A stretch of 32,000 nucleotides of DNA from Nostoc punctiforme PCC 73102 (GTDB lineage: Bacteria; Cyanobacteriota; Cyanobacteriia; Cyanobacteriales; Nostocaceae), in assembly GCF_000020025.1 (NCBI RefSeq), contig NC_010628.1, forward strand, positions 870,001 to 902,000, in the 5' to 3' direction. The translations under genes were made by a program, and so were the position numbers. Of this stretch, positions 1 to 9,536 are shown in pieces. Every line of letters starts with the position of its first letter. Positions within the stretch are counted from its first letter, which is position 1. The notes under the pieces were generated by a model, which was given only the letters and a program-made list of their open reading frames with translations, searched no databases and had not been told where the DNA came from.

Positions 1-650
1 AGCGACTTTCCTACGGAAATCCTTCTGGCATTTGAATTTTAAATAGTCCCCTTGGGGATTGACGGCTAATTGTTAATGTTTAATTGCTAATTATTTACTA
101 TGATTAGTTGTTACTTATTAACAGTTAGCCGTCTAAGTTTGTTAGAAATACATACTGTGCAAAAGAATCCAATACTGCATAGGTTTTGTCTAACAAATAA
201 ATTTTTATTAATCATTCTTTGATAGTAAATAAACTTACACTGTAGGGGCAATTCATGAAGTGCTCCTACAATATGTATTGTATGTAGTTTATGCAAAAAA
301 TTATACAAAATATAGATAAATCGAAATTCTCTCTATCTAATTGGTGGTGCAATGTTTACGATGGGCTACACCTACGCAGGCTTTTTTATGTCCTAAAGCA
401 CCACACCTTATGCAATATTAATTAACGACAACAAGAGAAAACTAAATTTTTTATTATAAACCATTACTAAATCCTTTGAGTAACTATTAATTTTTCATGA
501 GAGTAAAATCTGTAACCGATAAATACATTTAAGTACAGAGAAAATAATATTCGTGTTTGATTGATAAGTATTTGGCAATTTGGCAGCTACTGATTAGAGT
601 ATTTTGATATACTGCAGAAATTACCAAGATGTTTTTACTTTTTATACAGA

Positions 651-676
651 AGACGGGCTAATGCCCGTCTTTTTTG
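651..676 (+). terminator. Intrinsic terminator-like hairpin with no upstream ORF in the supplied track
   Basis: AGACGGGC-TAAT-GCCCGTCT 8-bp GC-rich stem followed by TTTTTT. Only 9-11 codon ORFs lie upstream. Confidence 0.6.
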
Positions 677-876
677 TTGTTAATTGTTTGGCATTTTGAC
701 ATTAAATTATAATTAAGCTGTGATATATTAGCTAGAATGCAAATGATTGAAACATTAAGAATAAGCTCAACTAGCATTCTTTTTGTTCATATTATTTGTT
801 TGTCTTACAACCTATTAAGTTTTATTTGTGCTGTTTTTTGCATATTCCAAGGTGTATTGCCACTTTCAAGCTATTT

Positions 877-907
877 AGACGGGATAAACTATCCCGTCTT
901 TTATTTT
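877..907 (+). terminator. Intrinsic terminator-like hairpin
   Basis: AGACGGGATA-AAC-TATCCCGTCT 10-bp stem followed by TTTTATTTT. The stem sequence is related to the hairpin at 651-676. Confidence 0.6.
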
Positions 908-1046
908 GTTTACTAGTTGAAAAAATTGCTTTCATGCAAGTTTTGCATGTAAAAATATTTTGAGTTGTTTTACTATCTTTAATATCTAAATTAATCTGCC
1001 ATAGCTTCTAACATCTGGCAGATTAATTTTCTGTTTGAGGTATTCA

Positions 1047-1184
1047 ATGATACTAGAAAAATATCCTATCAGGTTTGAGGATATTTGCACACATCCTATA
1101 GGAAGATGCCCTATGAATATAATAATGAGTAAATTAATTCGGGATGTTGTTATGCACTGGATTTATATAGAGGTTTGGCGGTGA
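1047..1184 (+). CDS. Candidate 45-aa small protein (MILEKYPIRFEDICTHPIGRCPMNIIMSKLIRDVVMHWIYIEVWR)
   Basis: ATG at 1047 is preceded by GAGG (1037-1040). The TGA stop sits in the loop of the terminator hairpin at 1172-1199. It is below the 60-aa ORF-track cutoff and I recognise no motif. Confidence 0.3.
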   Translation: MILEKYPIRFEDICTHPIGRCPMNIIMSKLIRDVVMHWIYIEVWR

Positions 1185-1199
1185 GCCAAACCTTTTTTT
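1172..1199 (+). terminator. Intrinsic terminator
   Basis: GGTTTGGC-GGTGA-GCCAAACC stem-loop followed by T7. Confidence 0.65.
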
Positions 1200-1302
1200 A
1201 TATCTCCAGAACTCACACAAAAATCGCCAAAAAATTTAATTTATCAGATGGCTCTCTCGTCTTATATGCTGTAAGCTCTATAATGTTTGTCTGCAAGCAA
1301 AA

Positions 1303-3000
1303 TTAAAAACTAAAAGTACTCCGCAGAATGCCGATGGTAACTGAGTCACTATCTGGTGTATTACCAGGCTGCAAGAGATGAATTATTCCTGGTGTAATGC
1401 TAATATTATCTGTTAGCTGGAAACGATAAAATGCCTCAATTTGAGTGGTAGTCCCTGGTTGTCCACCTGCACGTCCTAAACCGGTATTAATAAAATCAGG
1501 GACATTATTCCCCACAGGTAGGTCGCTACTAGTGATTTTAGGAGGTTGACCGACATAAATTCCCCCCAAATTTCCTTTAGCAAATAAATCAGGGAAATTC
1601 ATAAACACCATATAATTCGTCGTTTCTACATTTCCCGATTGCCCAGGAATGTAAGATTTAGTATAACCACCCCACGCACCTGCGCTAATGCGAGGTGAAA
1701 TTTGCCAAGTGACAGTCGCACCCACAGCATTAGTTTGCAAAGGTGCTGATTTTCCGGTAGTGGTATTAACTGTAGTTAAGCATTCATCGCCAACAAAGGT
1801 TAGCAAGCAACCATCCGAAGAATAATTGTTGACGTAATATAAGCTTAAATCTAGAGTGTCAGTTGGTGTTAGCAGCAATTGCACACCAGTAGTTGTGGTT
1901 CCATCGAATAAACCGCTACTGTTACCGGGATTACCTGGTTTATAACTCGTATAAATTGCCTGCAAACTAGCGCGTTTAGCAAATTGCCAATCAATAGCTA
2001 TACCGCCGTGACCGTATCCCATATTTAAAATTGGGTTTCTTTGGGCAAAATAAGACAGCGGCCCTGTTGCAGCACTTTCTACCCGATTGGGGCCTCGGAA
2101 AGCAGCAGGCATACTTACGCCTTCTGTTCCCACCATTATTGCTAATTTATCCGTCACCAGCCAATGAAAATTGAGGTCACTTACAATCAAGCTATCTGTA
2201 GGATATTCATAACCAAGTAAAACATCATTCCGGGAAACACTATTGGTAAATCTAGGCGAAGTTTTTCCTTTACCATCTATAAGACCTGTAAACAAGTAAC
2301 TACTAGGAGTGATTTGACTAGTCAAATATAGTTGCGCTAGGGATATGACATTAATGTTTGTCCCGCCATCATCTGTATCTTTTTGTCCATCTCTAGGATT
2401 GACATCACCACGATTGCTAGTCCGTCCTTGAATACCAACTATTAGTAGTCCACTGAGTTTGGTTGTTCTTGAGAATTGATTTGCTTCAAATTCGCCAGTT
2501 CTGGCTTCTAAACTATCGACACGACCCCGCAAAGTTGCTAATTCAGGGGCAAATTCTGATTGCAATTTTTGTAATGTTGCTAAATCTTCGCGGGTAACTA
2601 AATCGCTGGTGGCTGTAGTGATTAATTCGTTGACTCTATCTAAACAAGCATTCACACCGGCGGCGAATTCATACCGAGTCAAGGCGCGATTACCGCGATA
2701 GCTACTATCTGGATACCCTGCTATACAACCATAGCGTTCCACCAAAGACTGTAATGCTTGGAATGCCCAATCATTGGGTTGTACGTCTTTGAGTTGAGAA
2801 ACCGATGTAACTTGCGCCATCGGATTTATGGGGGAGAGGGGAGGAGAATTTAAGTCTATACTCTCCTGCGCCTGGGTAGCTTCTATATTGATGTACTCTT
2901 GTGCTGATGCTTTTTGGGCAACTCCATTTACTCCCGCAATTAGTAACCATGCGAGCATCCAGGTTTTGCGATGACTGCGGCTAACAAGTATACCTTTCAA
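1303..3000 (-). CDS. Outer-membrane porin with an SLH domain and an OprB-family beta-barrel (cyanobacterial type)
   Basis: 565-aa ORF. It has a signal-like N-terminus (MLAWLLIAGVNGVAQKASA), an SLH motif (DVQPNDWAFQALQSLVERYGCIAGYPDSSYRGNRALTRYEFA), a coiled-coil linker, and a Gly/aromatic-rich C-terminal barrel ending in ..RSTFSF. Confidence 0.85.
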   Translation of the reverse strand: MKGILVSRSHRKTWMLAWLLIAGVNGVAQKASAQEYINIEATQAQESIDLNSPPLSPINPMAQVTSVSQLKDVQPNDWAFQALQSLVERYGCIAGYPDSSYRGNRALTRYEFAAGVNACLDRVNELITTATSDLVTREDLATLQKLQSEFAPELATLRGRVDSLEARTGEFEANQFSRTTKLSGLLIVGIQGRTSNRGDVNPRDGQKDTDDGGTNINVISLAQLYLTSQITPSSYLFTGLIDGKGKTSPRFTNSVSRNDVLLGYEYPTDSLIVSDLNFHWLVTDKLAIMVGTEGVSMPAAFRGPNRVESAATGPLSYFAQRNPILNMGYGHGGIAIDWQFAKRASLQAIYTSYKPGNPGNSSGLFDGTTTTGVQLLLTPTDTLDLSLYYVNNYSSDGCLLTFVGDECLTTVNTTTGKSAPLQTNAVGATVTWQISPRISAGAWGGYTKSYIPGQSGNVETTNYMVFMNFPDLFAKGNLGGIYVGQPPKITSSDLPVGNNVPDFINTGLGRAGGQPGTTTQIEAFYRFQLTDNISITPGIIHLLQPGNTPDSDSVTIGILRSTFSF

Positions 3001-3136
3001 CTTTTTACACTCTGCTCACATACTTAAGTGAAGAGTGTATGCGCTATTGTCTAGGGTTCACATGGGAAAATTTACGGATTTTGTCCAAAATTAGACTTAA
3101 TCTTTCTGGGCAACTTCTGAAAGGACGAGTATAACA

Positions 3137-3294
3137 GGGTATTGGGTATTGGAGACTAGGTACTAGGTACTGGGAACTGGGGGACAAAGAGAATTAGAGC
3201 CTCGGTCATACTTTGAACTGGATTTATCAACCTCAAAGACTCAAATCTCCGACTCCAGTCCCCAATCCCCAATCTCCAGTTTTTAATCCCCAAT
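3137..3294. repeat. Two STRR-type heptamer arrays in inverted orientation within a divergent intergenic region
   Basis: 3137-3185 holds seven units (GGGTATT GGGTATT GGAGACT AGGTACT AGGTACT GGGAACT GGGGGAC). 3253-3294 holds six units (CTCCAGT CCCCAAT CCCCAAT CTCCAGT TTTTAAT CCCCAAT). ACTGGGG/CCCCAGT corresponds to the STRR1 heptamer of heterocystous cyanobacteria. Confidence 0.8.
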
Positions 3295-3296
3295 CT

Positions 3297-5669
3297 ATGG
3301 CAAATCGTCCACGCAAGCTGACACAAAAAGCCTCTAAACAAAATAAACCTCATACAGGTGTGATGAAACGCATCGCTAAAAAACCCCAGAAAAAGCTCAA
3401 AGGGGGAAGTTGGTTGTCGTCAACGCTAGCGATACCTACGGTGGCAAGCTACGCAATTTTGTTGAGTAGTGCTAGTCTAATTATGGCTTTCGCCTGGATT
3501 AGCGTTCTCTTCATCTTCAATCCAGACCAGGTAAGCTGGCTAAATAAAATTTTACCTTTATGGGCACAAATCCCCCTTGGGAACCACGAACGCCCCAAAA
3601 CTATCAAACAAATTCAACTAGATTTGAGTCAAAACAACCAAATATTTGGCGAAACTCTGCCTTTACGTCAAGATGCCAAAGACTCTTTTTTACTGCCAGT
3701 TTTGCAACAGCGTCCTAATTGTCAATCTGATTGTAAAAAACTTGTGGAACTCAGAGTTTACGAGCTATCAAAAGAGTTAGAGTTTAAATCCCAGTCAGAA
3801 AATTACTACTATTTAGCCACTCAATTGCCTGTAACTGGGCCAGAAGAATCCTCTGTGATTTCGCCCTCACTTGATGAAACATCAGAACCCCAAGATATCA
3901 GTGTTTCCCTACCTTTAACTAAAGTGCAACGCTTTGATGCTGGGACACCATCACCAGGGGTTTGGTTTAATTTGCAGGGTCAACGCCAACCAGGAACTGC
4001 TGCTTATGGTCAAGTTGTATACTACAATCCACAACGCACCAATTTACTACAAATGTTGTCTTGGACAAGTCCCAACGGACAATTACCCAGATGGCAGCAG
4101 GTAACTGGTGATGGTACAAAAGAGTTAGTTGTCGATCAAACTATAGGCTTAGAACCGCACTTACAGGTTTACCAAGTCAAGCCTGTGAAGTTATTTCTCA
4201 AACCAATTGAATTAGAGGCGATTACCCTCAAATCAGCAGCCCTCAAAGATTCTGCATACCAAAACGCCTTGTCAATTGCCCGTAGTGGACTATGGACACC
4301 AGCCTTTGAATGGTTGAAATTCATCAAAAAACAGCGCCAAGGAGTTTTTCCAGGGGTGGCGCAAGCGCAAATGGATTTGATTCGCTTGCATTCCCAACTT
4401 ACTAAAACCCAAGCCCAGAAAAAATGGGCAAGTCCTAGTCAAGAAGTGCTAGCAGACTTGATTGATGGTCGTTGGGGGAAAGCATTACAGGTGTTTGAAG
4501 CGTCGCCACATAATACCCAAGAAATTGCGACTCTACTCAAAGCTGATAAAAAACGGTTGTGGAATCGCACAACCGCCGCGTTGCGGGTGAACCCAAATAG
4601 ACTGGATGTGCAAGCTTGGTTTGCTTTGATTTTGGCTGTTCAGCAGGGAGAAGAACATGCCAATTCCTGGTTAAAGACGCAACCAAAAATTACAAAAGAT
4701 AATCTTGTCTATATTCAAGGTCTGTTAGCAAAACTCAATAGTGAGGATGCAAAGTCGCAAATATCCTCTACTCACCCTAGTCAGATTGTTGGTACAGTGC
4801 AACCAATTACTCAAGTTACTAGCAGCGAGTGGCTGCAACCAAATTCCTTAGCAGACTTGAAACTCACTGATAATCAAGTTTGGTATCAGGTAGAGGTGAG
4901 TGCATTTAATGACGGTAAAAGCTGGCTAAATTTTCCCTTTGAGAATTTGAACCCACCTAAAACTTTCGCCGCCAAATTTTTCTGGAAAACTTTGGGAATC
5001 ATTTCTGACCCGGAAATCCAGATTATAGTCTGGTTGCCAAATGGTGAACAAAAAATTACTATAGCCGCTATCAAAGCAGTGCAACTACAGGGTAAAGTTT
5101 TGCGCCTATTGGCTGCGGGTCCAAAAATTCCAGAGAATCAAAACGATGTTCTTCAACCCAAACCTCTAGCTTTGACAAATGCAGCACTGGAATGGGTACA
5201 ACCATCTCCCATCACTCTAAAAGAACTGCATCAACAAAATCCCCAAGGGGTGAAGGTAATATTATCGAGTGTCTGGCAATCTTTACAGCAATCCGGTGAA
5301 GTTGTGGCTGGTGCTATTCCTACCTTTGAGCAGATGCAGGAAAAGTTGGGTGATTGGCCCGTTCAAGTGATTGATTTAACAAATAATGCTCAACCAGAAA
5401 TAATACTGACTATCTCAGCAGCAGCAATAGCATCCTTGAATCAGTCTTCACCTGAAAATCAGGCGGAAAATACACAACAACGCCGCGACCGGACTATAAT
5501 TTTGTCCGATCGCAATCAAGTCATTTACACTGATTTTACCAGAAATGACTTACAAAGACTCTCTGCGATCGCCAAGCTTTCAGACGTGCAATCTTTAGCT
5601 TTATTAATTGAAAATGCTCATAACTACAGTCTGAGGCGCTGGTCAGAGAAAAATCAGCGCTTTGAATAG
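3297..5669 (+). CDS. Hypothetical protein with a basic N-terminus and one predicted TM helix
   Basis: The frame is open from TTG 3213, but 3213-3296 lies inside the heptamer array. The first ATG is 3297 (MANRPRKLTQ..). A hydrophobic segment is present (LAIPTVASYAILLSSASLIMAFAWISVLFIF). I can assign no catalytic motif. Confidence 0.6.
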   Translation: MANRPRKLTQKASKQNKPHTGVMKRIAKKPQKKLKGGSWLSSTLAIPTVASYAILLSSASLIMAFAWISVLFIFNPDQVSWLNKILPLWAQIPLGNHERPKTIKQIQLDLSQNNQIFGETLPLRQDAKDSFLLPVLQQRPNCQSDCKKLVELRVYELSKELEFKSQSENYYYLATQLPVTGPEESSVISPSLDETSEPQDISVSLPLTKVQRFDAGTPSPGVWFNLQGQRQPGTAAYGQVVYYNPQRTNLLQMLSWTSPNGQLPRWQQVTGDGTKELVVDQTIGLEPHLQVYQVKPVKLFLKPIELEAITLKSAALKDSAYQNALSIARSGLWTPAFEWLKFIKKQRQGVFPGVAQAQMDLIRLHSQLTKTQAQKKWASPSQEVLADLIDGRWGKALQVFEASPHNTQEIATLLKADKKRLWNRTTAALRVNPNRLDVQAWFALILAVQQGEEHANSWLKTQPKITKDNLVYIQGLLAKLNSEDAKSQISSTHPSQIVGTVQPITQVTSSEWLQPNSLADLKLTDNQVWYQVEVSAFNDGKSWLNFPFENLNPPKTFAAKFFWKTLGIISDPEIQIIVWLPNGEQKITIAAIKAVQLQGKVLRLLAAGPKIPENQNDVLQPKPLALTNAALEWVQPSPITLKELHQQNPQGVKVILSSVWQSLQQSGEVVAGAIPTFEQMQEKLGDWPVQVIDLTNNAQPEIILTISAAAIASLNQSSPENQAENTQQRRDRTIILSDRNQVIYTDFTRNDLQRLSAIAKLSDVQSLALLIENAHNYSLRRWSEKNQRFE

Positions 5670-5751
5670 CACGCCCCCTAATCAAATTTAAATTAAAGAG
5701 GCAATGGCGTAGGTGTAGCCCGTCGTAGACATCGCGATCTCCAAAATTGAC

Positions 5752-5943
5752 TTATTCTTTTTGGTTAGTTTCGGCTAGACGTTGGTTCTTCAGGTTTTCC
5801 AACTGCTGCAACAGAGAGTCTACTTCTGCTTGTAAATGCATAAATTTAGCTTGCTGATCGTCTTGATAATAAGACTTGGTTAGCTTACTCACCCAGTTAG
5901 CCTGGGACTCGCGATCGGAAACACTAGATAAACAAGTAGGCAT
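5752..5943 (-). CDS. Small hypothetical coiled-coil protein (63 aa)
   Basis: ORF with a heptad-like C-terminal half (LQAEVDSLLQQLENLKNQRLAETNQ). No homology recognised. Confidence 0.35.
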   Translation of the reverse strand: MPTCLSSVSDRESQANWVSKLTKSYYQDDQQAKFMHLQAEVDSLLQQLENLKNQRLAETNQKE

Positions 5944-6580
5944 CGCTAATTAAATCCACAATTTAACTCACACCATTAGAAATATTATAATAATGCTCTT
6001 TTAAGCTTTATTAAAATATTGTATATTTTTGATTAATTACTCTAATGGATTTTAGGTTCAATCATAAGAGACGGCGAGTATCATGGCTGTGTTCCAAACA
6101 GAACAGTCCCCTAAGTGTGCAAAGCTTCCGCCCACTTGACGATACTTAGCAATACTTAAAATTGATTAGCCTGTCAATTATGGTTGTATGAATTATTATC
6201 GCCCTTTTTGGGGAATTTACGCACGAATTGTATGTAGACTATATCAAGAATTCTGCTAGATTATGAAAATTGAGGACTGATACAGCAGAGATTCCCAATC
6301 TCCTTAAAAATATACCTTTTTAATATCCACTCTTTTTGGCAGTAGTCTTGGGCAAGCACTCGCCCAAGGCTACTGCCAAGGAGAGACAGCGCATTGCCTA
6401 TTTAACTGGTATTCTAAATAAAAATGGCAAGTGAAACACCTGCACCACAAAAAATAATATTCTATAAAGTAATATTCTTTTGGAATTAAAGGGCTGGGAC
6501 AGGGCAAAGAAAAATTCACTTTCTTCCTCTGCCACTTTCTCTAAATATCGAATCCTTAACATTAAGAAATTTTAAATCCT

Positions 6581-7672
6581 GTGACTTTGAGCCTGTCTGT
6601 TGCTAAATCTCATCGCCAACCTTGGCCCGGACTGATAGAAGCCTATCGCCAATACTTACCTGTCAGTGAAAAAACCCCGGTCGTCACTCTTTTGGAGGGC
6701 AACACACCTCTAATACCAGTGCCAGCGATCGCAGAACGTATTGGCAGACAAGTACGGGTTTTTGTAAAATATGATGGTCTGAATCCTACCGGCAGCTTCA
6801 AAGACCGGGGGATGACTATGGCAATTTCCAAGGCCAAGGAAGCAGGAGCAAAAGCAGTAATTTGTGCCAGCACGGGTAACACTTCAGCCGCCGCCGCCGC
6901 TTATGCAAGGCGTGGGGGGATGAATGCCTTTGTATTAATTCCCGACGGCTATGTAGCGCTGGGCAAGTTAGCCCAAGCATTACTCTATGGTGCAGAAGTA
7001 TTGGCAATTAAAGGGAATTTTGACCAAGCGCTAGAAATTGTCCGCGAAATGGCCGAAAGCTATCCGGTAACATTGGTAAATTCCGTCAATCCCTACCGCC
7101 TAGAAGGGCAAAAAACTGGAGCCTTTGAAATCGTCGATGCGCTGGGTGATGCCCCAGACTGGCTGTGTATACCTGTTGGCAATGCGGGAAATATCACAGC
7201 ATATTGGATGGGCTTTTGTCAATATCATCAAGATGGCAAGTGCGATCGCTTACCCCGAATGATGGGATTCCAAGCCGCAGGTGCAGCCCCATTAGTACAC
7301 GGTCAGCCAGTGGCGCATCCCGAAACCCTAGCGACAGCAATTCGCATTGGCAACCCTGCTAGCTGGGAATTAGCGATCGCAGCCCAAACTGCAAGTCAGG
7401 GGAATTTCCATGCCGTTACCGATGCAGAAATTCTCGATGCTTATCGACTTTTAGCATCATCAGAAGGTATCTTCTGCGAACCTGCTAGCGCCGCTTCTGT
7501 AGCCGGATTATTGCAGGTAAAAGACCAAATTCCTACAGGGGCGACAGTGGTTTGTGTCCTCACAGGCAATGGTCTAAAAGACCCAGATACAGCCATTAAA
7601 CACAATCACAGCCAATTTAAACAGGGGATTGCAGCAGAATTGGGCGCAGTCGCCGAGGCAATGGGATTTTAA
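6581..7672 (+). CDS. thrC: Threonine synthase
   Basis: 363 aa with a GTG start. It has the PLP-lysine motif [10 protein letters not shown], then [15 protein letters not shown] and [11 protein letters not shown], with overall ThrC short-form organisation. Confidence 0.92.
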   Translation: MTLSLSVAKSHRQPWPGLIEAYRQYLPVSEKTPVVTLLEGNTPLIPVPAIAERIGRQVRVFVKYDGLNPTGSFKDRGMTMAISKAKEAGAKAVICASTGNTSAAAAAYARRGGMNAFVLIPDGYVALGKLAQALLYGAEVLAIKGNFDQALEIVREMAESYPVTLVNSVNPYRLEGQKTGAFEIVDALGDAPDWLCIPVGNAGNITAYWMGFCQYHQDGKCDRLPRMMGFQAAGAAPLVHGQPVAHPETLATAIRIGNPASWELAIAAQTASQGNFHAVTDAEILDAYRLLASSEGIFCEPASAASVAGLLQVKDQIPTGATVVCVLTGNGLKDPDTAIKHNHSQFKQGIAAELGAVAEAMGF

Positions 7673-8015
7673 GTAACCTGGAAATACAAGCGATCGTAAT
7701 ATCTAATTGAAAAATTGCGTAGGCAAAGCCCACTGGAGGTATCGCAGCCAATATTTTCAGTATGGCGAGTGTCAAAATAATCCCAAATTGCCAAATGATT
7801 GCGATAGATGAATTCAGACTAAGCAAGATGCAGCAAGGAATACCCAATCAAAAATCTAAAATTTAAAATCCAAAATGGTATAATCCTAAAGAATTTTTAA
7901 TCAACTGGTTGATCATTTTAATAATCACCAACAAAGAAAAAAATACAAGCCCCTAAATAAATTTAGGGGGATTATTAATTTTGAATTTTGAATTTTGAAT
8001 TTGGAGCGAAGCAAC

Positions 8016-8609
8016 GTGACTCATTCTACTGATATTGCTACCTTAGCCCGATGGATGTCAGCTGACTTTAGTAATCAAGAACAAGCTTTTGAAAATCCGC
8101 CTTTTTATGCCCACATTCGTGTGTGTATCCGTCCCCTTCCCTTGGAATTGTTCTCAGGGGTAAGTTTGTTTCTCGAACAAGCTTATGATTTTATGCTCAA
8201 TCAACCCTACCGGATGCGGGTAATGAAGTTGATTCCCGCAGAAAACCACATTGCTATTGAACACTACACCGTTAAAGAAGAACAAAAATTTTACGGTGCA
8301 TCTCGTGAACCCGAACGCCTCAAAGACTTGTCTGTTGACCAACTGGAAAAAATGTCAGGCTGCAACATGATTGTAGAGTGGACAGGTAAGAGCTTCAAAG
8401 GCAGGGTCGAACCTGGTAAAGGCTGCATTGTGGTTCGTGACGGCAAAAATACTTATTTAGATAACGAATTTGAGATTGACGCTAAAGAATTTTTCAGCCT
8501 CGACCGGGGAAGGGATTTAGACACTGATGAGCGTCTGTGGGGTTCCATTGCCGGTCCCTTTCACTTTGTCCGATGGGCTAATTTTGCCGATGAAGTCAAA
8601 GCTAATTAA
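8016..8609 (+). CDS. cpcT: Phycobiliprotein chromophore lyase, CpcT/CpeT family
   Basis: N-terminal signature THSTDIATLARWMSADFSNQEQAFENPPFYAHIRV and a length of about 197 aa. The frame is open from TTG 7995, inside a TTGAATT x3 heptamer repeat. GTG 8016 is preceded by GGAG (8003-8006) and looks the more plausible start. Confidence 0.82.
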   Translation: MTHSTDIATLARWMSADFSNQEQAFENPPFYAHIRVCIRPLPLELFSGVSLFLEQAYDFMLNQPYRMRVMKLIPAENHIAIEHYTVKEEQKFYGASREPERLKDLSVDQLEKMSGCNMIVEWTGKSFKGRVEPGKGCIVVRDGKNTYLDNEFEIDAKEFFSLDRGRDLDTDERLWGSIAGPFHFVRWANFADEVKAN

Positions 8610-8993
8610 CGCGCTAGATGTTCAAAGTAAGCCGTTTGTGGGTAGATGTTGATGAACGTCTTTTTCACGACATCCCCACTTACAACTGTTAATTTCTGGA
8701 TTGACATTCTTAAAAGTGGTGACGAATAGGTGATCTGGAACACGCTCCTAAGAAGGAAGCACGGGTTAAGCTGTTAAATTATCACTGCGTCATTGTGACA
8801 GAAGTTTGGACTAGCGATCGCTAATCCAGATATAACAAGAGCCTGTATGGCGACGCAAGACTAAAAGAATACCAAAGACATCCAGTTAACCCACTATCTC
8901 TACCTCACAATCTTGTGCTACTATTGTCGAACTAATGCTATTGCCTCCTTAAAATATCAAGCGGTAGGCAAAAAAGCTTTATAGTGTTGATGT

Positions 8994-9065
<72 letters not shown>

Positions 9066-9115
9066 AAGGCTTTCAGCCTTTTAGGACTTCTAGAAACCAA
9101 ATAAAATGCTTTCTT

Positions 9116-9139
9116 GATATTCAAAGTGATATTCAAAGC
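9116..9139 (+). promoter_or_regulatory. Tandem 12-bp repeats GATATTCAAAGT / GATATTCAAAGC, candidate integrase arm-type sites on the attL side
   Basis: Two exact tandem copies start 51 nt inside attL. The same motif recurs next to attR (17021-17044), inverted over the int start (16989-16999), and as AATATTCAAAGT near 11438. Confidence 0.5.
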
Positions 9140-9238
9140 CTTCTGGTTAACCCCAGGAGGTTTTTTATTTGACTAACTTAAGGTACATCGAAATCACCTC
9201 AAGTTGACTTAGTTAAGACATAGGAATAAATATTTTCC

Positions 9239-9385
9239 ATGAAAACCCACAAACTACAAATAAGTCTAAATGATCACATCTATCACAAACTCAAAGAACT
9301 GGCTGAAAGTAATAACATCTCAATGGCTGCCCAATGCAGACTACTTGTCTCTCAAGCAACTACAGAAGACCACAAAAGAACTTAG
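9239..9385 (+). CDS. Ribbon-helix-helix (CopG/Arc-like) protein, 48 aa
   Basis: MKTHKLQISLNDHIYHKLKELAESNNISMAAQCRLLVSQATTEDHKRT shows a beta-strand/helix/helix pattern. TTGACT(9204)-17 nt-TAAATA(9227) lies immediately upstream, so the ATG would sit at or near the transcription start, making the mRNA leaderless-like. It is below the ORF-track cutoff. Confidence 0.5.
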   Translation: MKTHKLQISLNDHIYHKLKELAESNNISMAAQCRLLVSQATTEDHKRT

Positions 9386-9491
9386 CGATCGACAAGTAGA
9401 AATACAGAAGTCCCTTGAGCGCATCGAGTTAGAAGTCTCAGAAAATACCCAAGTTTTAAACTTCATCGCACAGCATTTAATGAATCAATAG
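9270..9491 (+). CDS. Alternative or overlapping 73-aa ORF with a coiled-coil C-terminal half
   Basis: It is +1 relative to the RHH frame and overlaps 9270-9385. Only the part after 9385 (ELSDRQVEIQKSLERIELEVSENTQVLNFIAQHLMNQ) looks protein-like. It could be a separate short gene from TTG near 9345, or the C-terminus of the RHH protein if a frameshift is present. Confidence 0.3.
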   Translation: MITSITNSKNWLKVITSQWLPNADYLSLKQLQKTTKELSDRQVEIQKSLERIELEVSENTQVLNFIAQHLMNQ

Positions 9492-9536
9492 GCTACCGCA
9501 TACTAACCAAAACAAATCAAAAATATTGGAGGTCTT

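Noticed and set aside
111-308. 65-aa ORF on the minus strand
   Set aside because: It lies in very AT-rich, low-complexity DNA with no SD and no recognisable motif. It is probably a chance ORF.
3156-3353. 65-aa minus-strand ORF
   Set aside because: It is built from the heptamer arrays and overlaps the start of the 3297 gene. It is a repeat artefact.
6345-6389. 16-bp imperfect hairpin (GGCAGTAGTCTTGGGC..GCCCAAGGCTACTGCC) upstream of thrC as a riboswitch or attenuator
   Set aside because: It is a single hairpin 190 nt from the start with no T-run, no leader peptide, and no match to a known riboswitch that I can recognise. It could be a dispersed repeat.
8610-8993. Possible promoter or ncRNA in the 380-bp gap before tRNA-Cys, including TATAGT 7 nt upstream of the tRNA
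   Set aside because: The -10-like hexamer is plausible for the tRNA promoter, but I could not find a convincing -35 element or any structured element. It is too weak to report as a feature.
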